In this document: one piece after another, positions 26,081 to 39,697 of the stretch
Layout: every line of letters starts with the position of its first letter
Position numbering within the stretch: the first letter of the stretch is position 1
Source of the DNA: Camelus dromedarius
Taxonomy: Eukaryota
NCBI RefSeq assembly: GCF_036321535.1
Contig: NC_087436.1
Coordinates: forward strand, 80,478,001 to 80,542,000
Direction: 5' to 3'
Length of the DNA: 64,000 nucleotides
Notes under the pieces: model-generated
What the model saw: the letters and a program-made list of their open reading frames with translations, nothing else
Database searches by the model: none
Told to the model about the DNA's origin: nothing
Program-made: the position numbers and the translations under genes

Positions 26081-28975
26081 GAATGGCATGTATACCAGAA
26101 GACAAAGAACAGATGAAATCACAGCGATTCCAAGCTCTAAGGAAGATGACAGTTCTGATCATTTGTGATGAGGACAAGCTATATTAAATCCTTCAGTGAG
26201 ACTGTTCTTTTTTGAAATTACCTATGTGTTTTTAACCTTTCCTTAAACCATGGGTCAACATAATTAAGACCTAACAAGATCAAAATGGCCTTCTCTGTAA
26301 CTGGTTCAACTGAGTCAGGGTTGGCTCAAAGTCCTGGCTGCCCGACAATAAATACATTAAGCATCAGGGGAGTTTTCCTTATTTGGAAGTACATTCACCC
26401 TCTTTTGCATTATCCTCCCTACCACTGAAAATATTCATCACAAATTTTAAAAACTTAAGAGGGCATCTTTTACGTAATGAGCTTCCATGAGTTGGAAAGC
26501 CCAGCCATGTCCTGAATACACAACATTTCTTCTTATCAATGATCTCCACTTCCTATTTCATACTCTTCTTCTACAATTCATGAGCTTTGCACATTTTGTA
26601 TCTTGGCACATGGAAACAGATGCTTGTAGCTTCAGCCTATGGGAGCTCTTTGTTCCAGCGAATTGGTTTCAGCATAATTTGTCTGATGCTGAGCTCTGTC
26701 ACTGAGAGCAGTGCAGTTTCAGCTCTCTGGCACAAGAGCAGCTTGGGAAGCAGATGCTTTAAGTCACTGATTTAGCAGCAAAGAACTGGCACTGTCATTT
26801 TTTTTTTTTTTTAAGTACCATTCTCTCTTTAACAGAGATTCTAGGAAAGTATTCAGCTTCACTTATTAAAAAAAAAAAACAAAAACCCACATGTGCTCTT
26901 CTAGTTTATTTAAAGTCACCATATCCTACACCCACTCATTTTTTTCACTCAGTTTTTTTTTCTGTTCTACTTCAGAAAGAATTAATTTCTAAACTTCCTA
27001 AGATAGATTCTAAATGCTTATTACCAATTGGTATCCTCCTATGCTTCTCCCTTTAGTCTTTAAAGTATTTTGACCTATCCAGAAAAAAATGAAAAAAATG
27101 AATCATATTCCTCTATGGTATAATAGGAACTCCAAACCATTTAGAAATTTCACAGAAAACTGTTTTCATTATACACAAAGAGTAACCCAAATCTGAGGAA
27201 AAACATAGATTCTAATTGTATATTCTAGGCGACAGGCCTTCCCAAATTATTTCTCAGTTGCCAGACTTAATATAGGTTTGAATTTAAATTACAGATATGT
27301 ACACCCAGGAAGAAGCTCTTTATGCCTTTGGAAACTGAACTCTTCACTAACATGTAACTGTTATAGCAGTAAACTTTCAAATTTTACATATAAAGAATAA
27401 CATTCTAAATGTAGGAATTACATCTGTTCTTCTTAAACAAGAAAAATACTGCAAACATCACAGAAATCCAAAATATGGCATTTATTAAGAAATTAGGTCT
27501 ATTTTAACAAGCATTATATAACATTAATTCTTACTAAGTCATTTAAGTATTATCACCTTTTACATTTAGAGACTATAGTAAGCTTATTAAATAGGTAACT
27601 ACCAAGCAAAACCTAACCATTTGCGAAGATGGGATAAAATGACATTTCAAAATTTAATTTTTATGTTGCAGTTACTTTTAAAGCTTACAGAAATTGCTAC
27701 TTAATATTTCACTCTAAATTCTCCTGTATACTTAAGACTTACTAACCTCTTTTGGGAATACATACGTAAATATTTAAATTCTGAATCAGCTTTGTCTTAA
27801 TGATCGTCAAGTATGTGCAGGCATTAAGTACTGGATACCAGGTTTGAATGATGACTAATACTCGCCACCATTTTTGCCACTGCATATATACTGTGGAGGG
27901 TCTTGGCTGCTATTCTGGATTTCGTTTTCACTTATCTAACTCTGACTGAACATTGTTCAGCTGCAATTCTGTTCCATTATTCCTTATGAATAATGAAAAA
28001 CAGTCATGAGTTTTAGTTTTCCAAAATAAGTTTTCCTAGTTCCTTTTTCCCCAATTCTCAAAATAATTAGAGAAGAATTTCCAGGACTTTACATGCCAGT
28101 CAAGTATCACAAGCTTAGACTTTCCTTCGTGTCTTAATCCCCATGAGCCATAAAACTAACACAATGTTGGCTTCTCCTTTTGCCAAAAAAAAACATGTTT
28201 TGCCACAAGAAAAAAGATGCCCATGAGCTGATGTAATTTGAGATGTTTTTGAGATTTTCTAATCTCAAAAGTTACTATATGGTGAAATAAAAACATTGTT
28301 TTCTTTGTTAGCTTATGATTCTTATCACTGAGCAAAATGAATGTAACCTGACCAGAATGGCAACCTGAAAATGTCAACACTGATTTTGTTGTTAGCATGA
28401 ACAGCACTGGGAGCTTCCTTGGGATAACATCAACTTGTAATCTCGATTAGAATTCCTATGGATAAGAGTCACTCAACTGCAACTGCTGATTCAGTGACAG
28501 CTCTCCCTTAGGTCAAAGACATGGCATCCTTACATGCAGCCGTGTTGCAAATGATGACAAAATGTTTTTGCTCTCAGGCCTTAAATAACTCTATGATATG
28601 GAGTACAATGCTGTTTTCCTTTTGTCAAATTACTATTTAAGTAAGTGGTAAGTTCTGATGGATTTTTAAACATATGTTCCTTTAATCTGTGAATTTCCAT
28701 TGAAAGTATTTAGTAGTTTTTGGTTAAAGAGTTAAATGTTTTTAAACACAGCAATCTTTAGGCCTTTACCATGTATGACAGAATCATAAATATGACTTTT
28801 TAATAATCAAAAGTATTTACTATTTTTCTAACATCCAGTAGTTCTATGGGATAGTGAGCACACGTGAATCTTCCAACACAAAGTATATCTTTTACCTTAT
28901 CAATTTTAGCCACAGAAAAATACACTACTTTAACTCAAATTGATTTTATAATTTCTGGAATCAAGATCTGCTCTT

Positions 28976-29166
28976 ACATGGTATAGTACAGGGAACTATA
29001 TTCAGTATCTTGTAGTAACTTATGGTGAAAAAGAATATGAAACAAATACATGTATGTTCAGGTATGACTGGAGCATTATGCTGTACACCAGAAACTGACA
29101 CAACATTTCTGGTAATGGACTATACTTCAATAAAAAAATATATACCAAAAATAAAAAAAAATAAAA
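28976..29166 (+). mobile_element. Young lineage L1 3' end
   Basis: acagggaactatattcag...tgtacaccagaaactgacac...cttcaataaaa; TSD aagaWctgctctt (28963-28975/29167-29179). Confidence 0.88.
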
Positions 29167-30242
29167 AAGAACTGCTCTTGAAAAAACAAAAAACAAAGTA
29201 GTTTTTAAATATAAATACACTGAACAATGCTAAATCCATTTAAGACTATTTTGAACTATGCCATGATTTACTAGAAGAAATGAGCTGTAAGCCCCAGTGT
29301 AAATTTAAGAGAAAAGGAAAATATAAGTCCATATACCTAATGAATATTACTGTTGAAATATCGCACTTACAACAACTACTTTTAATACATAAGTCTGATT
29401 CTATTCAAGTTTCAAAATTTGAACAACAGAAATAAAATTAAACAGAAGAAAACCTCAGGGTTCATTTTTAAAAAGTCGTAATAGCAGAATATTAACACAA
29501 GACTTAAGGACTTGTCCTTGGTTATGAGGAAAACAGGGGAAGGAAGAGTATCTGGTGCCAGGTGCACAGACTATGATCATTTTAAGTACACGCTGCCGAT
29601 GGAATCTCAAATGGATCTTAACTGTACTGTCAATCAACTGCTGGTTCTTTATATTCATAAGCTTTATATATGAGGGAGACTAGATCAGCTTAGAAAGAGA
29701 TTTATACACAACTGATGAAAGCAAGAGCTAGGGGAGGTTTTTTATTCATTTTTTCAAAGATTAGCATGCTCCATAACAGCATCTCATTTCAACTGGGCGA
29801 ACCTGACTGAGAAAATGCACACTTCCTTAGCCAATTCTGGGATGTTCATTTTGGAGTAACGCTAAGCCCCAAAGAATGAGACCAAGCACACTTAAAGTAA
29901 AAAGAAAAGTAGTGAAATACTTAGAGAGGCATTAAATCCTCATTTCCAAATTAATTTTAACTTAATGTATACCTGCTCTAAAACGCATATTTTAGTTTAA
30001 AAGAGTTGGATGACAAAATTTTACACGTCCTTCATATCATCACAGTAGCAACGTATTTTCTCTCATAAATATACTCAGCAGAAGTTGACAATTTTAAACT
30101 TTAAAAAAGAGTCAAATCAAAAAGAAAGCAAAAAAAAAAAATTGAAGTTACAAAAAGCACAATCACCACATTAACATATAATTGGGCACAGAAGAAAAAA
30201 ACCCACACGAAAAAAGAATGACTTCTGTTATAAGATCAGTAC

Positions 30243-30326
30243 CTTTTCCTGGACAAAGCTGGTGTACCCCAAGGAGAGGGGAGAGAAGACTCACTTGTCA
30301 GGCAAGGAGGGATCTGTTCTGCACGA
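30243..30326 (-). CDS. WDFY3: WDFY3 exon 15 (84 nt) RAEQIPP...ALSRK
   Basis: ctgtag|TCGTG, AAG|gtactg; hand translation. Confidence 0.94.
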
Positions 30327-31743
30327 CTACAGACAACAAAACAGACAGGGTGGTTTAGAGAGGTTAGAAGAGAACACCAGGCTGGCAGCTGGTTAGTTTC
30401 ACAAGAAATACCAGTATAAGTTTAACAGGGAACATCCTCCATCCTCAGCAGCAACAAGGACCAAGACTGCAACACATGCACTGAGGGAAACATGCTTGAG
30501 GCAGATGCTTCTTCATTAATGTTAACATTTAACATATTTGTTAAACAGAGTGCTGTAGGCCTTGTTTTCTGACAAAGCAAACTAAAAATAAGGTATACTA
30601 ACTAGGGTACGTACAAAACAAGGGAAAAGAAGTTGAACCTAAATACACAAATCTTAATTTTAAACATCTTAATCCCTGAACATTACACAGCCCCATGTTT
30701 CCTGGAAGCTAACAATATATATGCATTTTTATTTTCAAGATGGGAAAAACTGGAAAACATTTTTTCACATTACCTGTATTTTCTTATCTAAATACTAAGG
30801 CTTAAGAAATATTGAGAGACAAACATCTCACTAGATATTTCAAAGCAGATATTTCACAGTTAAGAACATAAAAGCTATCAGAAGCTCTACCCAATAGAGT
30901 TATTGGCTTTATTTATGGGGATATTAACAAAAACAATTCGTTTTATGGAATAAAACTATAACTGTTAAAAGTGATAACACTTGGACAAATTAGCAGCATG
31001 ATGACACTTACATTATTTTTGAAGTGAGAACTTAATTGAAAATACACTTTAAGAATTGAAAGTAAATGACTTGGATAAAGCAGTCTTATGATCTTAGAAA
31101 CCTGGATTTCCGTCATCATATATTTTATCACGATATATTATAATTGTTTATTTATGTGTTTGCATTTAAGCTAAAGGATAACCAAAGTAGCCCTGTGCTG
31201 AGCTGAACCCTCAATGCCTAGCACAGTAACTTGGCACACAGTAGGTTTTCGTTAAGCACTTGTTTAATGAAGGAATGAGTAAATTAATACGAGGGACTCT
31301 TACACTGTCAACGTCTCCCAGGAAGCTGTATCATTTTTTGAGCATTATAAAATGTTGAGAATGATTATGAACGTTGAGACTATAACATCTGTCTGAAAAT
31401 ACGTATAACCATAACCACGTGCTCCCATTGATAACTAATATCAGTAAGTCTGGATGTATCTGACAGTCTTGAGAATAAAGAGGAAAGTAAATTTCATAGA
31501 AACTTTTCCATTAAGTGCAACGGGAGCTTAACTAACCTTGGTTTTACAAATAATACACAGATGTCCATGTTGAAAAACACAGAATCAGAGCAATAGTAAT
31601 ATTCACAAATAAAGGGACAGATAAGTAAGTAAGAGAGAATTCATTTGTTTTCATTTTCTTTTAAGTTAATTTATAATTCAAGCCTTAATACTGAAGTCAT
31701 ACATTGTATACCTTTCAATTCAGAGCACAGAGCAGAGCCATAC

Positions 31744-32201
31744 CTGTCAAAAGAATCTGTGGCTACTTTGTAGAGATAAATAAAGAGTTTACTGCAGTGC
31801 TGTAAAGTGGGTGACACTGAGTCCACTGAGATTACGTCTTCCTCTAAAAGTCTTTGAAATGGCTGTGTATTTGAAGGGAAGACATTCATGGGGCTTATTT
31901 TTCTTAGGTCTGAGAAGCAGCCAAGAAATCGAACGGCATCTGCCAACTTCTCATACTGAATCTCTGTTTTGAAGAAATGAGAGTTGGCTGGCTCATAGCG
32001 CATTGCTGCAGTCAGTGTGCAGAACACAGTGTGGAGAAGTTCAAACACTTGATTCTGGTTCACTTTCTCCCAGCCATTCTTGGGTGGCGAGCTCAAAGAT
32101 CTTTCCATAGCAACAAGCAAGGATGTAATGTACACAAATCCTCCAACTTTCCTGAAAACTGTTCTTGAACGATGGCTTTCTCGAAGGACTGACAGGAGGG
32201 C
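31744..32201 (-). CDS. WDFY3: WDFY3 exon 14 (458 nt) ALLSVL...TDSFD
   Basis: catag|GCCCTC, CAG|gtatgg; ORF 31671..32135. Confidence 0.97.
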
Positions 32202-32909
32202 CTATGGGGGACAAAAAAACAATGCAAACAAAAACAGACTTACAATTCAGATTTAAAAAAAAAAACAAAAAAACCCATACATCAATGTCAAAGAGGAATT
32301 CTACTCTGTGAATATCTGATGTGTGTATTTTTTGTCATTTACCCAATAAGCAGTCCTATGAAGCATGGCAAATATTTTGCTAATTAAAAAACGCCATATT
32401 AAAAGCAGAAGATAATTGTAGGAAACACTACCACATACTTCTTTTGATAGAAAAAGGCTATATCCAAATCCTGGCTGAAAAGCTTCCTATGTATTTGATG
32501 GATAATGATATCAATGAATTTTTAAATGAGGAAAATACATATTCTAGTGTAATTTTACACACTCTTTAAACATGAAAACTTACAATTAATTGCGTGTGTA
32601 TATAAACTGATTTATTCTAGAAAGGATCAGAGATGACCCGGAAGCCTTAAGTATTTATATTCATATAAAGTGACCATATCCTGGTGCTTTGTAAAGAGGA
32701 GTCACTTCAGAGGACTTATTAACAAACATTCTCTCTTGCAAAGTGAACTGTAGCTGGAGGGCTGAAAGCATGCTCTTGCCCAAAATAGCTTGTCAGCGCT
32801 AAGAAGTAACACCTGAAGGCCAAACAGGTAAAATAATCTTTTATAACTATTAGTTATTTTCTGAACTGTTATACTTTTAACTTAGTTTATTATTAAAAAT
32901 AACAAATTA

Positions 32910-33165
32910 TAAAACTATCTAACATTTTATGGAGCACTTACCATATATTAGGTACTTCTTTAAATGCTTTAATACATTAATTTATCTAATCCTCTCAATA
33001 ATTCTATACGTTGGGCACTATCATTATCCACACTTTGTAGAAGAAAAATTGAGACCCAATGTGGTGAAGTAACTTGCCCAAGACTGTACAGCTTATACAC
33101 AATGGCAGAGATAGGATTTAGAGCCAGGCAGTCAGATGTCCCTACTCATGCACTGAACCATGAAA
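32910..33165. mobile_element. MIR remnant
   Basis: agcacttacc...aatcctc...aagtaacttgcccaag...ggatttagagccaggcagtc. Confidence 0.75.
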
Positions 33166-34432
33166 CTATCCTGCCCCAAACAGCAATCTGAAATCTGCAG
33201 ATACACAGGCTCCTTGCCCCCATTTCAGCAACTGAGACACCATGAGAATCTAGTATTACTTAAGACACAATTTGTAATCTTCCCAGTCATTACATTTGAA
33301 AACGCCATTAAAATACTTCACACATTTCTAATGTTACTTATGAAATGGAAAGGCTAAATATTAATATTATCTTTCTGAAATATACTACTTCAGAAATTAT
33401 AAAGATTTCATTGTACATACCAATATCTGATTATTTTAAAAAGCAGGAAATATGCCATCTGTATATGTAAATACAATTTTGAAATACAGTATATTCCTTC
33501 CATTTTTCTGCAACCAATCAATTTCCATTTTGTTTCCATATCTTCTCTAATAAACTGTACTTATGCTTACAATATCAACCTATAACACAAGACTTCATAA
33601 CTTTTTGTTCTTTTTAAACATCTTATAACCTAATCTGGTGTTTAAATGCAAGGGCTAGAGTCAGAATGCTTGAGCTGAAATTCTGACTCCAACGTTAAAA
33701 AGGATTTTACCACAATTACTTAACCTTTCTGTGCCAGAGTTTCCGTTATGTAAAACCTAGACAACAACAATGACTTACGTCTCAGGAAATGCATGTAAAA
33801 CCCTTAGCAGAGTGCCTATCACCATCACCATCTTCAAAAACACACTGGGGAAAAACAGGACGAGTACTATTTATACATGAGGAAGTATGAGTTAAGAGTT
33901 AATCTGTACAAAGGCATGTTGCTAGACAGAATCATGACAGGAGCTAGAAAAACCAGCACTTACTAACCCTCAGTCAGGTCGTACTCTGTACTACGTGCTT
34001 CTGGATAAGTCCACCTGCTACCACCTCAAAACTGGCACTTTGGCATTATCTAGGCATTCTCTCCACATGTGAAACTTTAAATACCATAAATAAATTTATA
34101 TCCTACTTGAAATCAATAATTAATGATAATGTAGTGAACACCAAATTTACAAGGAGAAATAGATGCTATGTGGTAAATTAGACAAAAATCATCAGCTGTA
34201 ATTACCTACATTTACATAAATATAATGCTTACGATTCAAATTTATGCATCAGCAGAATTATAGAATTTCAGGCTTGTGCACAAATAACAACAAATTAAGT
34301 TACACAGGTCTGTGTTTGAGTCAACTGAAGGAAGGCAGTGAAAAGCAATTCCAAATGTAGCAAAAATGGAAACTGAGATTGGGATCCCAAATCCTCCTTG
34401 GTGCCTTCCAACACTACTTCATGCCCTCAAAA

Positions 34433-34816
34433 CAGTGGAACGCTGGAGCCAGCTCGAACTAGTCATGAGAGCCAACTGTTATATTTTGAGACTTTTGCGT
34501 GCCAGTTGTTAAAACATAAGCCTAAGTAAAAATTAAGTCCTATAAGTTTAAAACTAAATTATTTTAAAAATGAAAGTAATAAATAAAACTCATTACTTCT
34601 TAGTTATTTTCTATATTATCCTATTATCAGTGCTCTTGAGATAGTACACAATGGAGTGCTACTGTACATCTCCTCAATCCACGTTCAGTAACACATCAGC
34701 TGCCTGAAGTAGGTCACAGTGGGAGTACTGACACCATGGATATCAGTAAATGCAGCCCATCAGGACCCTCCTCTTGTCTTCCTGCAGTCTCACAGTCATT
34801 TACCAGAACAACACTG
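34433..34816. mobile_element. MER63-like hAT-Blackjack element
   Basis: Termini cagtgg...cactg; 8-bp TSD cctcaaaa/ccttaaaa; internal match to recalled consensus. Confidence 0.8.
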
Positions 34817-35468
34817 CCTTAAAATTACAGGTCAGCCCATTACCTCTTGTTGGCTTTATCTACCAACATTTTACAAATTCAATTACAAAGATATCAAGAA
34901 AAGAGGAAAATACATGTTTAAAAAGTTGGCAACCTTAACCACTTTCAAAGGCACTTTTCCCCCCAACAATCCTTTCAAATATACAAATGCTCCCCAATAT
35001 TAACACACATGTAGATTTCCTTTTGTCTGACAGATATATTGGGGTCAGATTAATCTTGCTTTTAAATGAAAACACATATTCAAACTGTCATTACATTCAA
35101 AACAGGATGAAATATACAACAGCATAAAGAAAAGAATGCAAACTTTTCATTATTGATAACAAATTGAGTAAAGCAAAAGCTACTAAAGAAATATATGATT
35201 CCAGAAGTCAGCTGTACTTCCTGTCATGTCTGGCAGGAATGGGGTGAGGGTCCTAGGAGAGGAAGTCAGACGGAAAAGAGTCAGTTGATGCCCAGCGGGC
35301 CTTGGAGGCCAGGTTAAAGCCATTGACTTTTCTTCTGCTATTATTATTTTGACATAATTTTAGACTTGAAGAAAAATTGCAAGAATAGTTCATAATAGTT
35401 CTTAGTCATTTAAAGATAGCTACAGATTTTATCAGTAAAAGTAAAAACAGCACACTTATCAAACTTAC

Positions 35469-35662
35469 TCTTAAAATGTCAGTCTTCAGCTGCAATTCTG
35501 TTGGGGGAGCTGAATGCATCAACCCCAGGAGAGTGCCCATGTCATCGTCCCCGTTTGGCGAGAGCACCAACTGTTGGATAATCATCAGGGCATGCTGCCG
35601 ACACTGAGGGTATCTCACTATATTATGCGCGCATCTTGCACCTCCAAATTCTCGAAAAATTC
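35469..35662 (-). CDS. WDFY3: WDFY3 exon 13 (194 nt) IFREFGG...TDILR
   Basis: tcaag|GAATT, AGA|gtaagt; peptide match. Confidence 0.96.
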
Positions 35663-36723
35663 CTTGAAGGACGGAGAAAAAAGAACAACATGGGCTAACT
35701 CAAGACATTCTGAGACAGGCCAGACGAATTAAAATCTGATCTTTCTGCAGAAAGAGTAACTCAAAAGAATGCACATTGAAAACTACCCAACTATTTCACC
35801 TTTTAAATTACAATACAAAATTGCACTGTGGGATGTCAGTAAAGGCGTATACAAATTTTTCTCTAGATTTTCTTGATGCTGGGATGCCCTGATATGTTCA
35901 TCATGTCCAAATTCTCCAAAGCGAGAACATTCAGAAATTCCATAGGTAGATACCAGAGATCAATATTTTTCTGTAGGGGCTTTAATGAACAATATGTGAA
36001 ATCAATTTAGTGAAAGGCTTTCAGATGAACAATATCCCAGATAAATGTTTTTAAACTGAACAAGGCTTCCAAAATAGTGGCAAGAAAAGAATGGAGTAAG
36101 TGATTCCACGATGAAAAAATTTACAAGGAACCAAACTTTTCAGTTGGTAGAGCACACTAACAAAGACAAACTCTGTGACAGAAAGCATCAGACATTGTCC
36201 TGTTCCAAAGGCTTCATATAGATTGATTTATTTAATCCTCATCCCCTCCTGTAGAGATGAGCACATGAGATGTACCGATTTGAGTAACGTGGCCACGGTC
36301 AGTCACACAAGCAGCAAGCAGCCAGGCAGGTTTTATGCCTGCATAGCCCCATTCTACAGCCTGTGCTCCTGACCACGAATGACACTTCTCACATCACATA
36401 CTGTCCCCAAGTATTAAAAATATATGGACCAAGTGATCTAAGTTAGCAATCAGTATTTTCTCCAAAGTAATCGTTCTGTCCTTTATGCCTTTAGAGTACC
36501 TTGCATATGCCATTACTGCAACAGTTTACATCAAACAGTCTTAATATTATGTGTTTATATGTTTGGTCCCCCATTAAAATTGGATTTCCCTCTGATTTGT
36601 GTTTCAGTAAATGTTTCCTGAATGAATAAATGTCAGTGTATTTTGAGGCAGTGGCCACTGTTCTATTTAGTGAGTTTCTATTTACTAACTTTATATGAGA
36701 ATTATATAACCTTGAAGTGAGTG

Positions 36724-36780
36724 TGAGTCATGTGCTAAGGTTTAGCACATGGAAGGCCATGTTTACTTACTTCCTGGTTG
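36724..36780. promoter_or_regulatory. Candidate intronic enhancer (AP-1 + M-box palindrome + ETS)
   Basis: TGAGTCA 36724-36730, AGTCATGTGCT 36726-36736, acttcctgg ~36769; motif evidence only. Confidence 0.3.
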
Positions 36781-38208
36781 CCAGGTAGTGCCCATTAGAT
36801 AATCATAATGGCTAAGGGTTTTTGACTACTATGAGCAAAGCACTATTTTATGTGCCTGAGACTACACAAGTAATAACATCTTTCCTAACAAGGAAAAGAT
36901 AGTCGATAAGAAAAGAACTCTGAAAATGTCTGGTACTCTGGGAGATGGATTAAGTGACTTCTGGTCTTACAGAGTAAGCTCTCCACTCTCCTACATCAGT
37001 AGAACTGTTCAGTCTCTTCCTGTGTAACTCTATGTCATGTCATATCAAAAGCTAATTTGCCAAGTAAATTCTTGTTAGTATATCCTTATTATGTTTCTGA
37101 CTATCTCAGCCAACTAAACCTCGTTAGTGGAAATAAGGAGATTATGATACTACAGACAAACTGTTAATATCACCCCCATTAAACTTCATCATACCTATTG
37201 TTTGACTTATCTACCAAATTCATTCAACTCTGTCTTGGCATTTGCCAAAACTGTATTTCAATAATTATTTATACAACTACCTGTCTACATCTTTCCTCAG
37301 CAGGTTGTAATTCCTTTGGGGCAAGAATTATTTTTCATCTTCAACACCAAGCCTGGTGTCTGGGACACACAAAATATTTTAAATATGTTGCATATTGAGT
37401 TCCTCTGTATTCAGGCAAAAAAATGTGCATGCATTTGTGTGTTTGCTAGCTTGTTCATTTGTTCATTTGTTCATCCATCCATTCATTCTTGGCTTCCCAT
37501 AACACTTAAAATACAATTCAAGTTCCTTAGCATGGCCTAAAAAGCTCTATATGATCTGAACCCAGCTGCTCATCTGAGCTCACCTTCCAAGTTGTATTGA
37601 CATTGTTGACTGAGAGGTTTTTGACATTGCTAAAATATTAAGTAATTTTTTTTTAAACCAAGAGTGATAGTTCATAAATATAGTTGGACTGTCTATTAAT
37701 GACAGGTAGAAAAGGACTGAAGAGAAGGTGAGATTAAAGATAAAGTAAAAGTTTAATGAATCCATTTCACCTGGGAGAGGCAAATTTTATTAGAGAATCA
37801 TTTTTCAGTATTTCCCAAACGTTGTAACATTATAATACTCTAACTTAAATTACTAAATAATTAAGAAAATCATCATGTGAAGCAAATGTTTCAGAAAACA
37901 TTTAAATAAGCAAAGTTATTCGACAGAGTCAGCACTATATAAGTAAAAAAATAGAATACTTCAAATACAAGGCACACTATAAAAAGCAATAAAATATAAG
38001 AATATATTTTGAAGTAATAACGTTATATATTTTGTCATTCATAAATTTAAAGTCAAAAGTATTGCATTTCTAGAGATATGAGAGTACCATTATCAAATTA
38101 ATAGCTTTTTCTTTAACTAACAGGAGCATCTCAGGAGCAAGAATCATTAGAGAAGACATAACAGAGGTAATAACCTCTAAAAGCATTTGCTAGAAGCTTT
38201 TCTATTAC

Positions 38209-38310
38209 CTGCATTTGTGTTTGATCCTTGGAGAAGCACTGTCAAGGTCTCCATAACCAACAAAGCCAGATGTTTTTGGTCTTCAATTGAACTATTATTT
38301 CTTGAGTCTC
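38209..38310 (-). CDS. WDFY3: WDFY3 exon 12 (102 nt) DSRNNSS...SNTNA
   Basis: cttag|GAGAC, CAG|gtaata; hand translation. Confidence 0.95.
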
Positions 38311-39229
38311 CTAAGAGAAAGAATAAAAGGTCCGTATCACAAAAGTTACAAGCTTATTTTTTTCCTGGATTCAGTTTTGCTTTAATAATTACAAAAAATT
38401 TCCTTAATATTCCCTAAAACAATTGATATAATACAACCTTTAAAAATGATACACATATCTACCAACTACCAAAAGTAAAGTCAAAATCAACGTTTACAAA
38501 TTTTATTTTGGAGTGGCTAGAAAGCTATAGATATCTAACAACTATTAGAAAGGAAAATGTCAATCAAAGTAAAGTGTATCCTTCTCATTCTCACAGGGGC
38601 TTTGCTAATCAAGGAGGTCAAAAGGAGAATGCTAGATTCTAAGGCACCAAGAAGAAAGAAAAGTTTATGGATAATGCTATCTATTCAACTTGTATTAACC
38701 CATTCAACACATTTAATACTAAGTGCCAGATACTACTATGCTTTTATCAGATTTATCAGAAAGGATGAAAAACACCAAATTTAAGGTATCTAATGATAAT
38801 ACATATGTGTATAAATAATATCACTAAGAAGATATATTTATTTGCGCTCCATAATTAACAAAAACATTTTGAGACTGACACACCCTAATTGTTTCCAGAA
38901 GCTTTTTAAATTCCCTCTTAGAAATAGAAAGTAGTAGGCACTAGTCATGTGGATCATAAATGTTTTCCTCAGTTTTTACCTTAAATTCTCATCCACCAAA
39001 ACATATTTCTATCCCCTGACCTCCTGTCCCGGCCCCCATTGCCTTTCCCTAATTCCCTAATAGAGGCTGAATGAACAAGTTAATTCTAAGAAATATTCAC
39101 AAGGATTTCACAATAATGCACATTACTAAGTAATTCAAATCAATAATCAAATGAAAGGCAAAACATGAACAAAACACTCTGTCCAAACCCCTCTGTCAAA
39201 TAAAAGTAAAATTATGGAAAATGCTTTAC

Positions 39230-39697
39230 CTTGTTCATTTAGTGCCTGAGTTGGATCCTTCAAGAGGGCAGCATATTTGTGCAAAAGGTTTACCATGACC
39301 TCCAGAAGGCCCACCTCCCTGAACACATCTTTAAATATGTAGTCATGTCGTGTAAACTTAAGAAGTGTTTTCATTGCAATAATGCTACAGTGATAAGAGG
39401 AGCTAGATTTTAAAAGGATGCTAACACTAATAAGTTCTTTACAAGGGATATAATTTAAGCTAAAAACGACAAACTCCAGCATCTCGAAGTATTTGTTTTG
39501 TACTTCCGGGAGTTTTGAAATCTTTTCTGCAAACTGTGACAGTGTGTGCTGTGACTCGAGGATGAAATAATTGGCATTGTCGGCCATGTAGATATTTGTG
39601 ATGGCATCAAGAATGATTTGGGCAAGGAAGTTGGTTTTTGCTTTTAAAAATGCGTTCTGAAGAACAGCAAAGGCGTGGACGTTTCTCACACTGTGAC
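39230..39697 (-). CDS. WDFY3: WDFY3 exon 11 (468 nt) HSVRN...ALNEQ
   Basis: tttag|GTCAC, AAG|gtaaag; ORF 39147..39719. Confidence 0.97.

Noticed and set aside
39147..39229. Exon 11 read-through as an alternative C-terminus
   Set aside because: Reasonable donor and no further support
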